Shown here piece after piece: positions 40,335 through 48,951 of a DNA stretch of 64,000 nucleotides; the stretch's first letter is position 1; each line of letters starts with the position of its first letter. Source of the DNA: Candidatus Margulisiibacteriota bacterium (GTDB lineage Bacteria > Margulisbacteria > WOR-1 > JAKLHX01 > JBAZKV01); the NCBI GenBank assembly GCA_041650635.1, contig JBAZKV010000004.1:534-64533 (forward strand), given 5' to 3'. The notes under the pieces were generated by a model. That model made no database searches. It worked only from the letters and a program-made list of their open reading frames with translations, and was not told the DNA's origin. The position numbers were made by a program, and so were the translations under genes.

Positions 40335-40745
40335 ATGGTTGCCAGCATAACGGCGCAAACTTTTGATGTGTTTGACCGCGACAGCAACGGGATCCTTGAT
40401 GATAACGAGCTCGAGAGATTTTGCAGCACAACGGGACAAAATGCTTCTGCCTGGGATGCCAATCTGAGCGGGGATGTAAGGAGAGAGGAATTCGAGACGA
40501 CGCTGCAAATCCGCGACAGCATAAAAAGCAGGCAATCGGGCAATGGCTGGCGCAAATCGGACTTTCATGCCATCGATTCAGACCACGACGGGATATTGAC
40601 CAGGGATGAATGGGAAATGTTCGGGTTGGACCCCAGGCTCTTTGCCAGATATGCCGGAAGCGACAACAAGATAACTCACGAAGAGTGGGACAGCCTTATA
40701 GAAAGCATAAAAACCCAGAACAGCGGGGGCGGCGGCAAGAAGTAG
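40335..40745 (+). CDS. EF-hand calcium-binding protein
   Basis: Two canonical 12-residue EF loops are present, DRDSNGILDDNE and DSDHDGILTRDE, plus a degenerate third. There is no signal peptide. Confidence 0.7.
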   Translation: MVASITAQTFDVFDRDSNGILDDNELERFCSTTGQNASAWDANLSGDVRREEFETTLQIRDSIKSRQSGNGWRKSDFHAIDSDHDGILTRDEWEMFGLDPRLFARYAGSDNKITHEEWDSLIESIKTQNSGGGGKK

Positions 40746-40747
40746 GC

Positions 40748-41392
40748 TTAATAGATGTCGCCTCTTAGCCTTTTCAATATTTTTCCTTCAAGCGGCGTGT
40801 AATTGACGAACAAAACCTTCGGGGTATTTGTCTTTTCCTCGATCTGGACCGCGTTTATGCAGCAATTGTCCTGTTTTATCCTCCAAAAATAGTTAAGCTC
40901 TATCCCGAGAAAATGGAACAAAATCGTTCTGTTTATCCCGCCGTGGGCGACTATCAGAACGGTTTTGCCTTTGTTCTTTGATAGTATGGAATTTATGGCC
41001 GAGACCCCCCTTTTTTGAAGCGCCTTAAGAGGCTCAACGCCCGGTATCCTGGCCCTGTCGGGATGTTTCATCCAGATCTTGTAGATACTCGAGTATTCTT
41101 TTTCTATCTCGTCAAACCTCATGCCTTCCCATTTCCCGTAGAACCTTTCTTTAAGTCTGGGGTCCTTTATGACCGGCTTTTTTTGTGAGCGGGCAACTAT
41201 GGATGCAGTTACAAAAGACCTGGAGAGGTCCGAACAGTAGACGGAGTCTATCTTTATCTTTGAAAGCGTTTTTGCAAGCGTTTTCGCTTGTTTTATGCCT
41301 TTTCCCGTCAGTTTGCCGTCGCCCTGCCCTTGGTATATCTGGGCCGCGTTGCTGCCGGTTTCCCCGTGCCTGCATAGTATCAGAGTTGTCAT
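40748..41392 (-). CDS. Histidine phosphatase superfamily protein (branch 1, phosphoglycerate mutase / alpha-ribazole phosphatase-like)
   Basis: From the internal Met, MTTLILCRHGETGSN. This is the RHG catalytic motif. Length is 215 aa. Confidence 0.78.
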   Translation of the reverse strand: MTTLILCRHGETGSNAAQIYQGQGDGKLTGKGIKQAKTLAKTLSKIKIDSVYCSDLSRSFVTASIVARSQKKPVIKDPRLKERFYGKWEGMRFDEIEKEYSSIYKIWMKHPDRARIPGVEPLKALQKRGVSAINSILSKNKGKTVLIVAHGGINRTILFHFLGIELNYFWRIKQDNCCINAVQIEEKTNTPKVLFVNYTPLEGKILKRLRGDIY

Positions 41393-41411
41393 GAGCCCAG
41401 TATAACACGCC

Positions 41412-41440
41412 TTGTCTTTGAGATTTTCCGGGTCTATAAT
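41412..41440 (+). promoter_or_regulatory. Candidate sigma70-type promoter
   Basis: TTGTCT (-35), a 17-nt spacer, then a perfect TATAAT (-10). It lies 30 nt upstream of the ATG at 41470. Confidence 0.4.
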
Positions 41441-41469
41441 AGTCCCAGCAAAATGAAGGGAGCAAGGCA

Positions 41470-41895
41470 ATGCCGGCAAAGGCCGCAAAAAAATCTGAAG
41501 CAAAAAAACCAAAGAAAGAAAAAATAGCGGGAAAGATCGACCACTATTTTGACAAGATCAAAGTCATAACAACTACACTTAAAGCACCCATAAAGGTCGG
41601 GGACATTATACACATAAAAGGGCACACAACTGATTTTGTACAGCCCGTGGGCTCCATACAGATAGAACATGAAAGCGTGCAAAAGGCAAAGAAGGGGGAA
41701 GGGGTTGGGATAAAGGTCAAGGAATTCGTAAGGGACAACGATATCATCTATTTTGCGGACAAAAAGAGCGCCGATGCACAAAAACCGCAGATCCAGCCCA
41801 TGCTATTGCAGAAGTCCGCGGCGGTAAAAACATCGGTCCCGCGCACGCCATCCAGGGATGCCGCTTCCGGCAGGCCCAGATTCCTCAGTTTCTGA
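41470..41895 (+). CDS. Small Lys-rich protein with a beta-barrel resembling EF-Tu domain II
   Basis: The N-terminal tail is MPAKAAKKSEAKKPKKEK. The stretch KAPIKVGDIIHIKGHTTDFVQPVGSIQIEHESVQKAKKGEGVGIKV matches the G-x-V/I-x-I-x-G...SIQ...V..A..G..VGI pattern of translation-factor domain II. Confidence 0.45.
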   Translation: MPAKAAKKSEAKKPKKEKIAGKIDHYFDKIKVITTTLKAPIKVGDIIHIKGHTTDFVQPVGSIQIEHESVQKAKKGEGVGIKVKEFVRDNDIIYFADKKSADAQKPQIQPMLLQKSAAVKTSVPRTPSRDAASGRPRFLSF

Positions 41896-43030
41896 AACCC
41901 GGCGGAGGGTAGAGCCTGTAGTGGGGGATATCGCTTGAAAACGGGATAGAGGCTACGCCCAGCCGGGTTTCAAGTTCTTTCTGTGTCAGAATCCTGCCGG
42001 CAGTGTCAATGAAACGGCCCCTTGATACCCCGGTGCCGCTCATCAGTTCATTGAACAGGTTTACGCAGATACCGTCGGCTTCTTCGAAAAAATCTGCGAC
42101 TTCCGCGTCATAATCCGGCCCGTATGTTTCGATCAGCAGGTCAATGTCATCCCTTGAACACACAGGGCTGCTTCCTGCAACGGTGCCGATAAGCCATATG
42201 CTCTTGATTCCTTTAAGGATCCTTCCGGCGGCGCGCGACAAAAGAGATGCAAGATTATACCTGAAAAGCGCGTGAGTGTCGGGGTCCTGCTCTTTCAATC
42301 TTTCCGCAGCGGCTTCCCAGTCCTGTCCTCCGCTCCTTCTGTCGCAGCATGAAAGGGCCATCCTCCAGGCTGGCTCAAGGTCCGGCGGCTGCCCGCTTTC
42401 CCTGTCAAACAGCGACAACCTGACTATCAGGTCGGCAAGGAAATCTTCGGCAAAGCCTTTCCTGCTAGACCAGGCGCCTGAAAGATCGAGATGCCCCAGC
42501 CATTTTCTGAACCCGTACTCTCTTGAGAAAAGGCTGGCGTCCATATGAAGGCGTAAATTAGAATTGTCGGAGCCTATCCGGTATTTGGCCAGGCCAAAAG
42601 CTCTGCCGGTATCCTCCGAAGAATAAAAAGTGACAGTTGCCTTAGGCGCCGCAAAGCCGGTCTTAATAGATATGTTGACAGGATACTCATTTGCATCAGT
42701 GATCACCGAAAAAGAGGAAAACGCTCTTGAGCGCTCGCCAAATTGCACGCCTGACAGATGGGATATCTGCTCCCCGCCGGGGCCTTGAGCAAGGGCGCCA
42801 AAAAACGAAACCAGGCACTCGAAACCGTCAAGCATTGCCAAGCAGCGGGGTCTGTTACCCCGGTCTTCAAGGCAGGCGCCGATACCTTCCGCTAAGGGAG
42901 AAAGACCCCGGACAAAGGCGGACCGGGATCCTATCCAGGAAGAAGCCTCCAGTCCTTTTGCGGAAGCCTTAAGCAGAAAGTCTGCCCTGGCCAGGCGCTC
43001 CTTTAATAAAGAATAGCTAGCTGCCCTCAT
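41885..43030 (-). CDS. Hypothetical protein of 381 aa with a C-terminal nucleotidyltransferase-like motif
   Basis: A long ORF. Near residue 280, IGTVAGSSPVCSRDDIDLLIE resembles the Pol-beta-fold nucleotidyltransferase GS...DxD signature. The remaining ~270 aa are unrecognised. Confidence 0.55.
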   Translation of the reverse strand: MRAASYSLLKERLARADFLLKASAKGLEASSWIGSRSAFVRGLSPLAEGIGACLEDRGNRPRCLAMLDGFECLVSFFGALAQGPGGEQISHLSGVQFGERSRAFSSFSVITDANEYPVNISIKTGFAAPKATVTFYSSEDTGRAFGLAKYRIGSDNSNLRLHMDASLFSREYGFRKWLGHLDLSGAWSSRKGFAEDFLADLIVRLSLFDRESGQPPDLEPAWRMALSCCDRRSGGQDWEAAAERLKEQDPDTHALFRYNLASLLSRAAGRILKGIKSIWLIGTVAGSSPVCSRDDIDLLIETYGPDYDAEVADFFEEADGICVNLFNELMSGTGVSRGRFIDTAGRILTQKELETRLGVASIPFSSDIPHYRLYPPPGFRN

Positions 43031-43679
43031 AATGCCAGGCCCTTTCCTCTTTCCCCATTTCCATGATGGTCACAAGGTCCCACCCGGAACGGAAAGGGGT
43101 CAAATAGTTGTCCTGCAAATTGTTCTCCATTATCTTGATCCGCCTGTATCTGTCAGCGATAGTCTCGGGGGTCGATGCAAAGAACTCGGAGATCCCAAGC
43201 TCTACGGCGGTCCCAATGATCGACCTTATTCCCCAATAATTCCATTCCCGGTAAGGATTTTGAGGACGCGGCTTAATGTGCCTGAAAGCCGTGCTTGAAT
43301 GTATCTCGTCAAACTTTAGGGCGGGAACGCCTGTGGAATACGGATCGAATACTTTTAGAGAAAAACGGCCAAGTGAATAATCGGGAGGCATCAATATGTC
43401 CGTATCAAAAGTCCTGAAATCGTGGAACACCGAAGCGATGTCGCTGCCGAACTGGCCGATATCGACCGGCAGCAGGTCCACGAACGGAAGCGCCAGCCGG
43501 AATTCGGGATGCTCCGGTAGTGAAAAACGGGCCGCCGGCCTTGTGCCGTCCGGTCTTTGCCAGCAGAGAAAAGGCTTTCTTTCTACAGCGGAAAAGACCC
43601 TTAATAATACGGCATCGCACTCTCCCCTAGGGAGCAAGCGTTGTGTCGTCGGCGGGTTGATCCTGGGTGCGCTTGTCAT
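43017..43679 (-). CDS. Hypothetical protein of 220 aa, first gene of a two-gene operon
   Basis: It overlaps the downstream 381-aa ORF by 14 nt. It has W/R-rich composition and no recognisable motif. Confidence 0.5.
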   Translation of the reverse strand: MTSAPRINPPTTQRLLPRGECDAVLLRVFSAVERKPFLCWQRPDGTRPAARFSLPEHPEFRLALPFVDLLPVDIGQFGSDIASVFHDFRTFDTDILMPPDYSLGRFSLKVFDPYSTGVPALKFDEIHSSTAFRHIKPRPQNPYREWNYWGIRSIIGTAVELGISEFFASTPETIADRYRRIKIMENNLQDNYLTPFRSGWDLVTIMEMGKEERAWHYEGS

Positions 43680-43740
43680 AAAGTCCCTAAGTGTTTATCG
43701 AAAATGAGGTCAATGGATTTCAAGCGCCAAAAAGAGTATC

Positions 43741-44943
43741 ATGAAAAACATGAGGGCATTTGAATCTTTCAGGTACAAAAACTTCAAGATATTCTGGTCG
43801 TTCCAGATATTCAGCCTTGCGGGCACCTGGATGCAGATGGTGGCACAGGGATGGCTTGTGTATGAAATTACGGGTTCAAAGCTGCTCCTGGGCGTGCTTA
43901 ATGCCATCGCAGGGCTTCCCATATTATTCCTTACCCCTTTCGGAGGAGTGATAGCGGACCATGTGAACAAAAAAAAGCTCCTCTGGTACACTCAGCTCGT
44001 TTTTGCCATGAGCTCATTTCTGGTGGGCTTTTTGATATCGACAGAGCAGATCAGTTTTGCATCTCTTGCGCTTATAACTTTTGTCGTTGGGCTGGCAAAT
44101 GCCGTGGATTCGCCGGCAAGGCAGGCATTTGTTGTTGAGCTTACCGAAAAAAAAGCTCTGCCCAATGCAATAGCGCTTAACTCGATAGCATTTAATGCAG
44201 CAAGGATAGTAGGCCCGGCAGCGGCAGGGTTCATAATCGGAGCTTTTGGGATAGAAGACTGCTTTTATCTTAACGCAATAACCTTTTTTATAATGATGGC
44301 AGGGCTCGTGCTAATTAAGGGCGATTTTTCCCCGGCCACAAAATGGACTTCGGGAATGCTTGAGCCCTTTTTTGAGGGAGCAAGATACATCTACAGGGAT
44401 AAAAAAACGCTGTTGTTAATGGTTCTGGTGGCCTTTACCTCAGTGTTTGTTATGCCTTACGCTGTTTTAATGCCCGTCTTTGCCAAGGACATCCTAAAAG
44501 TAGGGCCCCAGGGGCTGGGGCTGCTGATGTCCGCCGGAGGCATGGGGGCACTACTCTCGGCTTTTATGCTGGCTCAATACAGTTCACGGATAAACTTCAT
44601 AAAGTATATTGTGTTCAGCACGATAGTGGTCTCTCTGTCCCTGATAGCCTTTTCTGTGTCGGTATCTTTCATACTGTCCTGCGCTTTTCTTGCGGTCCTT
44701 GGCTGGGGGATAGTTTCGCAGGCCGCCTGTGTAAATACCGTACTTCAAAAAGAGGTCCCCGACCGGATGCGCGGAAGAATAATGGGGTTTTATACGCTAT
44801 CATTCCTGGGGCTGATGCCTATAGGCGGGTTCCAAGCGGGTATAACAGCTCAATACTTTGGAGCCCCGTTCGCCTTGATGATAGGGGGGCTTTTCAGTCT
44901 TATACCTGCCTTTGCCCTGGCGGTCCGCTATGGGAAGGGTTAG
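43741..44943 (+). CDS. MFS transporter (EntS/MFS_3-like)
   Basis: A 400-aa protein with 12 predicted TM segments. The N-terminus FRYKNFKIFWSFQIFSLAGTWMQMVAQGWLVYEITGS is typical of this MFS subfamily. Confidence 0.88.
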   Translation: MKNMRAFESFRYKNFKIFWSFQIFSLAGTWMQMVAQGWLVYEITGSKLLLGVLNAIAGLPILFLTPFGGVIADHVNKKKLLWYTQLVFAMSSFLVGFLISTEQISFASLALITFVVGLANAVDSPARQAFVVELTEKKALPNAIALNSIAFNAARIVGPAAAGFIIGAFGIEDCFYLNAITFFIMMAGLVLIKGDFSPATKWTSGMLEPFFEGARYIYRDKKTLLLMVLVAFTSVFVMPYAVLMPVFAKDILKVGPQGLGLLMSAGGMGALLSAFMLAQYSSRINFIKYIVFSTIVVSLSLIAFSVSVSFILSCAFLAVLGWGIVSQAACVNTVLQKEVPDRMRGRIMGFYTLSFLGLMPIGGFQAGITAQYFGAPFALMIGGLFSLIPAFALAVRYGKG

Positions 44944-45206
44944 CCTAAACTTCGGTGTCAGAGCTGCGTTTTTTCTGAAAAAAGAGCAGGTACAATATCT
45001 CCAGAAGTGCCAGGGTATTTATGGTGAGTATGGCTATGAACCAGGCTGTCTGGCCGTTGCGGGCAGCCTTCCACAAAGCCACGCCCTTCCAGGGAAGCGA
45101 CCAGCCTATAAGAATGAAGAGCCAAACCTCTTTTGATAATCCTAAGATCTTAAGTCTCCTTGTAAGGGCGAATAATTACTCGCCCCGACTATACCAGACC
45201 GATAAT

Positions 45207-45362
45207 CTACTTATCCGGGAACATTATCCCGAAACCGATCACGATCAACAGAATGGCCCAGAGATATCTCCAGATATTTCCTGACAGGATACCCATAGCC
45301 TCCAGCAGAAGGATCGCTCCTATCAGCAGAACCAGCCCGCCCCAAAAATATCTTTTGTTCAT
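45207..45362 (-). CDS. Small membrane protein of 51 aa, putative
   Basis: Read from the sequence: MNKRYFWGGLVLLIGAILLLEAMGILSGNIWRYLWAILLIVIGFGIMFPDK, with two hydrophobic helices. It is below the ORF-track cutoff. Confidence 0.3.
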   Translation of the reverse strand: MNKRYFWGGLVLLIGAILLLEAMGILSGNIWRYLWAILLIVIGFGIMFPDK

Positions 45363-45416
45363 ATAGACCTCCTGTTGAGCAAATATTGTATCTCAGCCGC
45401 AAATGCCTGTAAAGCC

Positions 45417-46148
45417 TCAGCGGGAAAGTCCGACTATCTCTTTGCGCAATATCTGCGTAAAGTCCCGGTAAACTTCATAGGCCGGTCTTTCCGACTTTTT
45501 TTCGGCAAAGGAGGAAGGATCGATAAGCTTTCCGAAAGAAACGCTGATAGGGTGCTTTTTGGGGATTACGGTGCCTCTTGGAAGAGCTTCGTGGGCTCCT
45601 TTAACATATGCGGGGACAACTGGGATGCCGGTCTCTACGGAAAGGGCTCCAACACCCACCTTGAAAGGCAGGAGTTTGCCGTCCCAGCTTCTTTGACCTT
45701 CCGGAGCAATATAGACTATCTTTCCGTATTTTAAGACCCTTGCCGCCATGGAAAGGGCCTGCCAGAAATTGCCGTCAAGTTCTACCGAAAAAGAGTCTAT
45801 CAGTGCTTTTATGGCCATTTTTATGGGAAAGATCCTGTCAAAGAAAGAAGTGTACATGACCACTACATCTTTTCTTAATTCCTTCGGCAGGGACAGATAT
45901 ATTGCAGGGAAATCGAGCGAACTGGAGTGATTAGAAGCGATTATGAAAGGAGCCCGGTCCGGGAGGTTCTCTATCCCAATCCCTTTGAGGCCAAAGTCCC
46001 TCTTTGCCACTTTTCCCAGGTAGCCGTGGATGCGCGGCCTAAGCGATGAGCCGAATCCTGCAAGGTGTTTTTCGAAATCCTTGGGCAGCGGCTCATCCAG
46101 CTTTAGCAGCCTGCGCCAGTGCGAAGAAGTGTCTTGAGAGGTCCCCAT
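45417..46148 (-). CDS. plsC: 1-acyl-sn-glycerol-3-phosphate / lysophospholipid acyltransferase (PlsC family)
   Basis: NHSSSLD is the HX4D-type acyltransferase motif (NHxSxxD variant). Length is 243 aa. Confidence 0.8.
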   Translation of the reverse strand: MGTSQDTSSHWRRLLKLDEPLPKDFEKHLAGFGSSLRPRIHGYLGKVAKRDFGLKGIGIENLPDRAPFIIASNHSSSLDFPAIYLSLPKELRKDVVVMYTSFFDRIFPIKMAIKALIDSFSVELDGNFWQALSMAARVLKYGKIVYIAPEGQRSWDGKLLPFKVGVGALSVETGIPVVPAYVKGAHEALPRGTVIPKKHPISVSFGKLIDPSSFAEKKSERPAYEVYRDFTQILRKEIVGLSR

Positions 46149-46151
46149 GAC

Positions 46152-46388
46152 CTACTTGATCTGTTCTTTTGCTATGGCGATTATGTCGTTAAGGGTCTTG
46201 ATCTTGATCAGCTTTTGTTCCGGTATATCGATATGATACTTGTTATCGAGCGCCGCAAAGATCTCCACCCCGAGCAGGGAGTCTACCCCCAGGTCCTTGA
46301 ACAGGTCGGCGTTCGGGTCTATCTTATCTTCCGGTATCTTGACCACTTTGGAAACAAGCCCTTTGATCTCCTTTTCGATGTCGCTCAT
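46152..46388 (-). CDS. acpP: Acyl carrier protein
   Basis: A 78-aa protein. LGVDSLLGVE carries the phosphopantetheine-attachment Ser. Confidence 0.85.
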   Translation of the reverse strand: MSDIEKEIKGLVSKVVKIPEDKIDPNADLFKDLGVDSLLGVEIFAALDNKYHIDIPEQKLIKIKTLNDIIAIAKEQIK

Positions 46389-46431
46389 AAGGCCTCCTTT
46401 TGAGATGCCCCAAGCGGCACCCCGTACTTTC

Positions 46432-48186
46432 CTATTTTGAATAACTTTCCTTGACCGCGAACCTTTTTATTTTTTTTGTTGCGGTCTTCGGCAGTTCGCC
46501 TTCGGCAATATAATATCTAGCAATTCTTTTGTGAGGAGTCAAGAGTTTTCCCCAGTTCTCAACCTCTTCTCCAATAACCGTCCTGACAGTTGAGTCGTTC
46601 AGCTCCAGCCCTCTTTTGGTGACCCAGTCGGCCATTTTGTCCATGTCCGGCACAATTGCGGCATGCACCTCTTCCATCCCCTGCCTTATACCGGACATTA
46701 TCTTTGACCCGAATACGCAGATCTCTTTTATAAAAGGGCTTTTTGAGATAACGAATTCGACCTCATCGGGATAGACATTTTTGCCGGAACCCAGGACTAT
46801 CAGGTCTTTTGACCGGCCGGTTATATAAAGATTGCCTTTTGCGTCCAGCCTGCCCAAGTCCCCTGTGCGGAACCAGCCGTCCATGATGGCTTCTGAGGTG
46901 GCACCGGGATCATTGTAATAACCCTTCATTATGTTGGGGCCTTTGGCCATTATCTCTCCTACGGCCTCGCGGTTGGGAGCGTGTATCTTGATATCTACTC
47001 CAGGAAGAGGCCTGCCCACCGATCCGAAAACATTGTTGTCCATAGTGCAGGCTGCAAGTATAGGCGAAGTTTCTGTAAGCCCATAGCCCTGCAGTATGGT
47101 AAATCCCATCAGGTCAAATTCCTTTATGATCTTCGGGTCTAAAGGGGCGCCTCCGCTGACAAAGAACTTGATGTGGCCGCCGAACTTATTTTGAATGAAG
47201 CCAAACAAATGTTTGCCGATGTTAATGCGCAGAAATACTTTGAAATACATAGAAATACATAGAAATACCCGGAAGAGGACCCTGGCGGCAATGCCTTTTT
47301 CCTCGACTTGTCTTTTGATGCCGTCCAGAAAAAGCTTGTAAAGGAGGGGCACGCCGCAGATAAGCGTGACCTTTGTTTCCTGCATATTGTTAAGCAGGTG
47401 GTAGGATTTTAGGCTCTCCGCATAGGTTATAGAGGCTCCCTTGAAGATAGGACAGAACATTCCGGCAGTTGTTTCAAAAGTATGATAGTTGGGAAGGATG
47501 GAGAGGAAATTATCTCCGGGGCCGATCATATGAAACAGCGGGTCAATGCCGATGACATTTGACATTATGTTCTTGTGGCTCAGCATTACGCCCTTAGGAT
47601 TTCCGGTGGTTCCAGAAGTATAGATGATGGCGGCGATGTCGTCGGGGGCAACGGCGGCAAGGGGCAGGGGGCAAGCTTGCGGCGAGCGGAGTCGAGCCGG
47701 GTCAAGGGGCAAGGTAAGGATTTTATCGATGTCTGCATCTAAGTTCACGGCCTTTTTAAGCAAAGGCAGGCGCGGTCTTAATTTTTCTATTTTTTGAGCC
47801 TGTTCTCCCGAGCAGAACACTATTTCCGACCCTGAATCCGACAAAAGGCTGAAAAGCTCTTCGCTTTCCAGTTTTGGGTCCAGAGGTACTATTATTGCCC
47901 CTATACTGGTAACGCCAAAATAGACCATCGGCCATTCGGGCCGGTTCTCCGAAAGCAGGGCGATACGGCCGCCGTGCTTTATCCCGGAATCAAAGAGGAA
48001 AGAACTTATCTTTTGCAGGGAGCCATAAAATTCCAGGTAGCTGATCTTTCTGTAATTTCCGCTAGGGTCTTTCATTTGCAGAGCCGTAAGGCCCCTGAAT
48101 TTTTCAGCCGAAGCTTTAAGCATTTCAGGTATGGTCGGGATGTTGTCCATGACCAGCATTATATAGGCAAAATGAAATCCGGGCAA
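46432..48186 (-). CDS. AMP-dependent acyl-CoA / acyl-ACP synthetase (FadD/AasS-like)
   Basis: A 584-aa protein with the AMP-binding signature IYTSGTTGNPKGVMLSHKNI and a C-terminal ...ITGRSKDLIVLGSGKNVYP. Confidence 0.9.
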   Translation of the reverse strand: MPGFHFAYIMLVMDNIPTIPEMLKASAEKFRGLTALQMKDPSGNYRKISYLEFYGSLQKISSFLFDSGIKHGGRIALLSENRPEWPMVYFGVTSIGAIIVPLDPKLESEELFSLLSDSGSEIVFCSGEQAQKIEKLRPRLPLLKKAVNLDADIDKILTLPLDPARLRSPQACPLPLAAVAPDDIAAIIYTSGTTGNPKGVMLSHKNIMSNVIGIDPLFHMIGPGDNFLSILPNYHTFETTAGMFCPIFKGASITYAESLKSYHLLNNMQETKVTLICGVPLLYKLFLDGIKRQVEEKGIAARVLFRVFLCISMYFKVFLRINIGKHLFGFIQNKFGGHIKFFVSGGAPLDPKIIKEFDLMGFTILQGYGLTETSPILAACTMDNNVFGSVGRPLPGVDIKIHAPNREAVGEIMAKGPNIMKGYYNDPGATSEAIMDGWFRTGDLGRLDAKGNLYITGRSKDLIVLGSGKNVYPDEVEFVISKSPFIKEICVFGSKIMSGIRQGMEEVHAAIVPDMDKMADWVTKRGLELNDSTVRTVIGEEVENWGKLLTPHKRIARYYIAEGELPKTATKKIKRFAVKESYSK

Positions 48187-48209
48187 GAGAATGTCGACAA
48201 AGAAACGGT

Positions 48210-48950
48210 ATGCGTTACATAATCAGTATAATGAGGGACCGCCGGCAAGCAGCGATCACGAGGCAAAGACACGAGCTGCGCAGCGCCTTTGAGTCTGAAG
48301 ACCCGCGTCTGGCAGGGGACCTGCTTTCGGGGAGGCTGTCCGGGAGTGTTTTGCGCGACAGGGAGCTTGCGGGAATCGCTCTTAAATTCTTTTTTGAACA
48401 TCGCAAAAGGGATAATGCAGGAAGGGTCATAAGCCTGCTGCCGGACGAACTGCTTCATTCTTTTGTCGGTACTTTTGACACAACAAAATATGTGTTCGGC
48501 GTGATCGGATGGAGGCCGTATGTTCATCTTAGAGAATCCTGGGGGCTTATATCCAGGATCTTCAGGCATTACGGTTGCGATAAGAACTGGGATGCCGTCC
48601 TGGAAGGTTATGTGTCTTCTACCGTGCCTTTCGGGCTCAAAGTCTGCGGCTGCAGAGAACTGCCCTCGGGGTTAAGAAACGAATTGTTCCAAAGAATGGA
48701 CAAAAACAATATTCTTGAGGCCATGGGTTCCCTTAATGTTCATAATCTTGAAAAAGCAGCCGTTCTGGGACTTCCCTGCATCGGGGAAGAGTTTGCTGCA
48801 AAGGCGCTTGAGGGGATCGGGTGGCAAAGAACAGGCTTTCATGTGCGGGAAGCCATCAGTGTTGCAGAAATGCTCCCGGATCATCTTTTGGAAAGTCCGC
48901 AAGTAGGGGCGGTACTCGAAAGGGCTTCGAGGGTTTTGGCCGAGCGCTGA
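48210..48950 (+). CDS. Hypothetical protein of 246 aa
   Basis: An uninterrupted ORF between the acyl-ligase gene and nadE. No motif was recognised. Confidence 0.45.
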   Translation: MRYIISIMRDRRQAAITRQRHELRSAFESEDPRLAGDLLSGRLSGSVLRDRELAGIALKFFFEHRKRDNAGRVISLLPDELLHSFVGTFDTTKYVFGVIGWRPYVHLRESWGLISRIFRHYGCDKNWDAVLEGYVSSTVPFGLKVCGCRELPSGLRNELFQRMDKNNILEAMGSLNVHNLEKAAVLGLPCIGEEFAAKALEGIGWQRTGFHVREAISVAEMLPDHLLESPQVGAVLERASRVLAER

Positions 48951-48951
48951 G

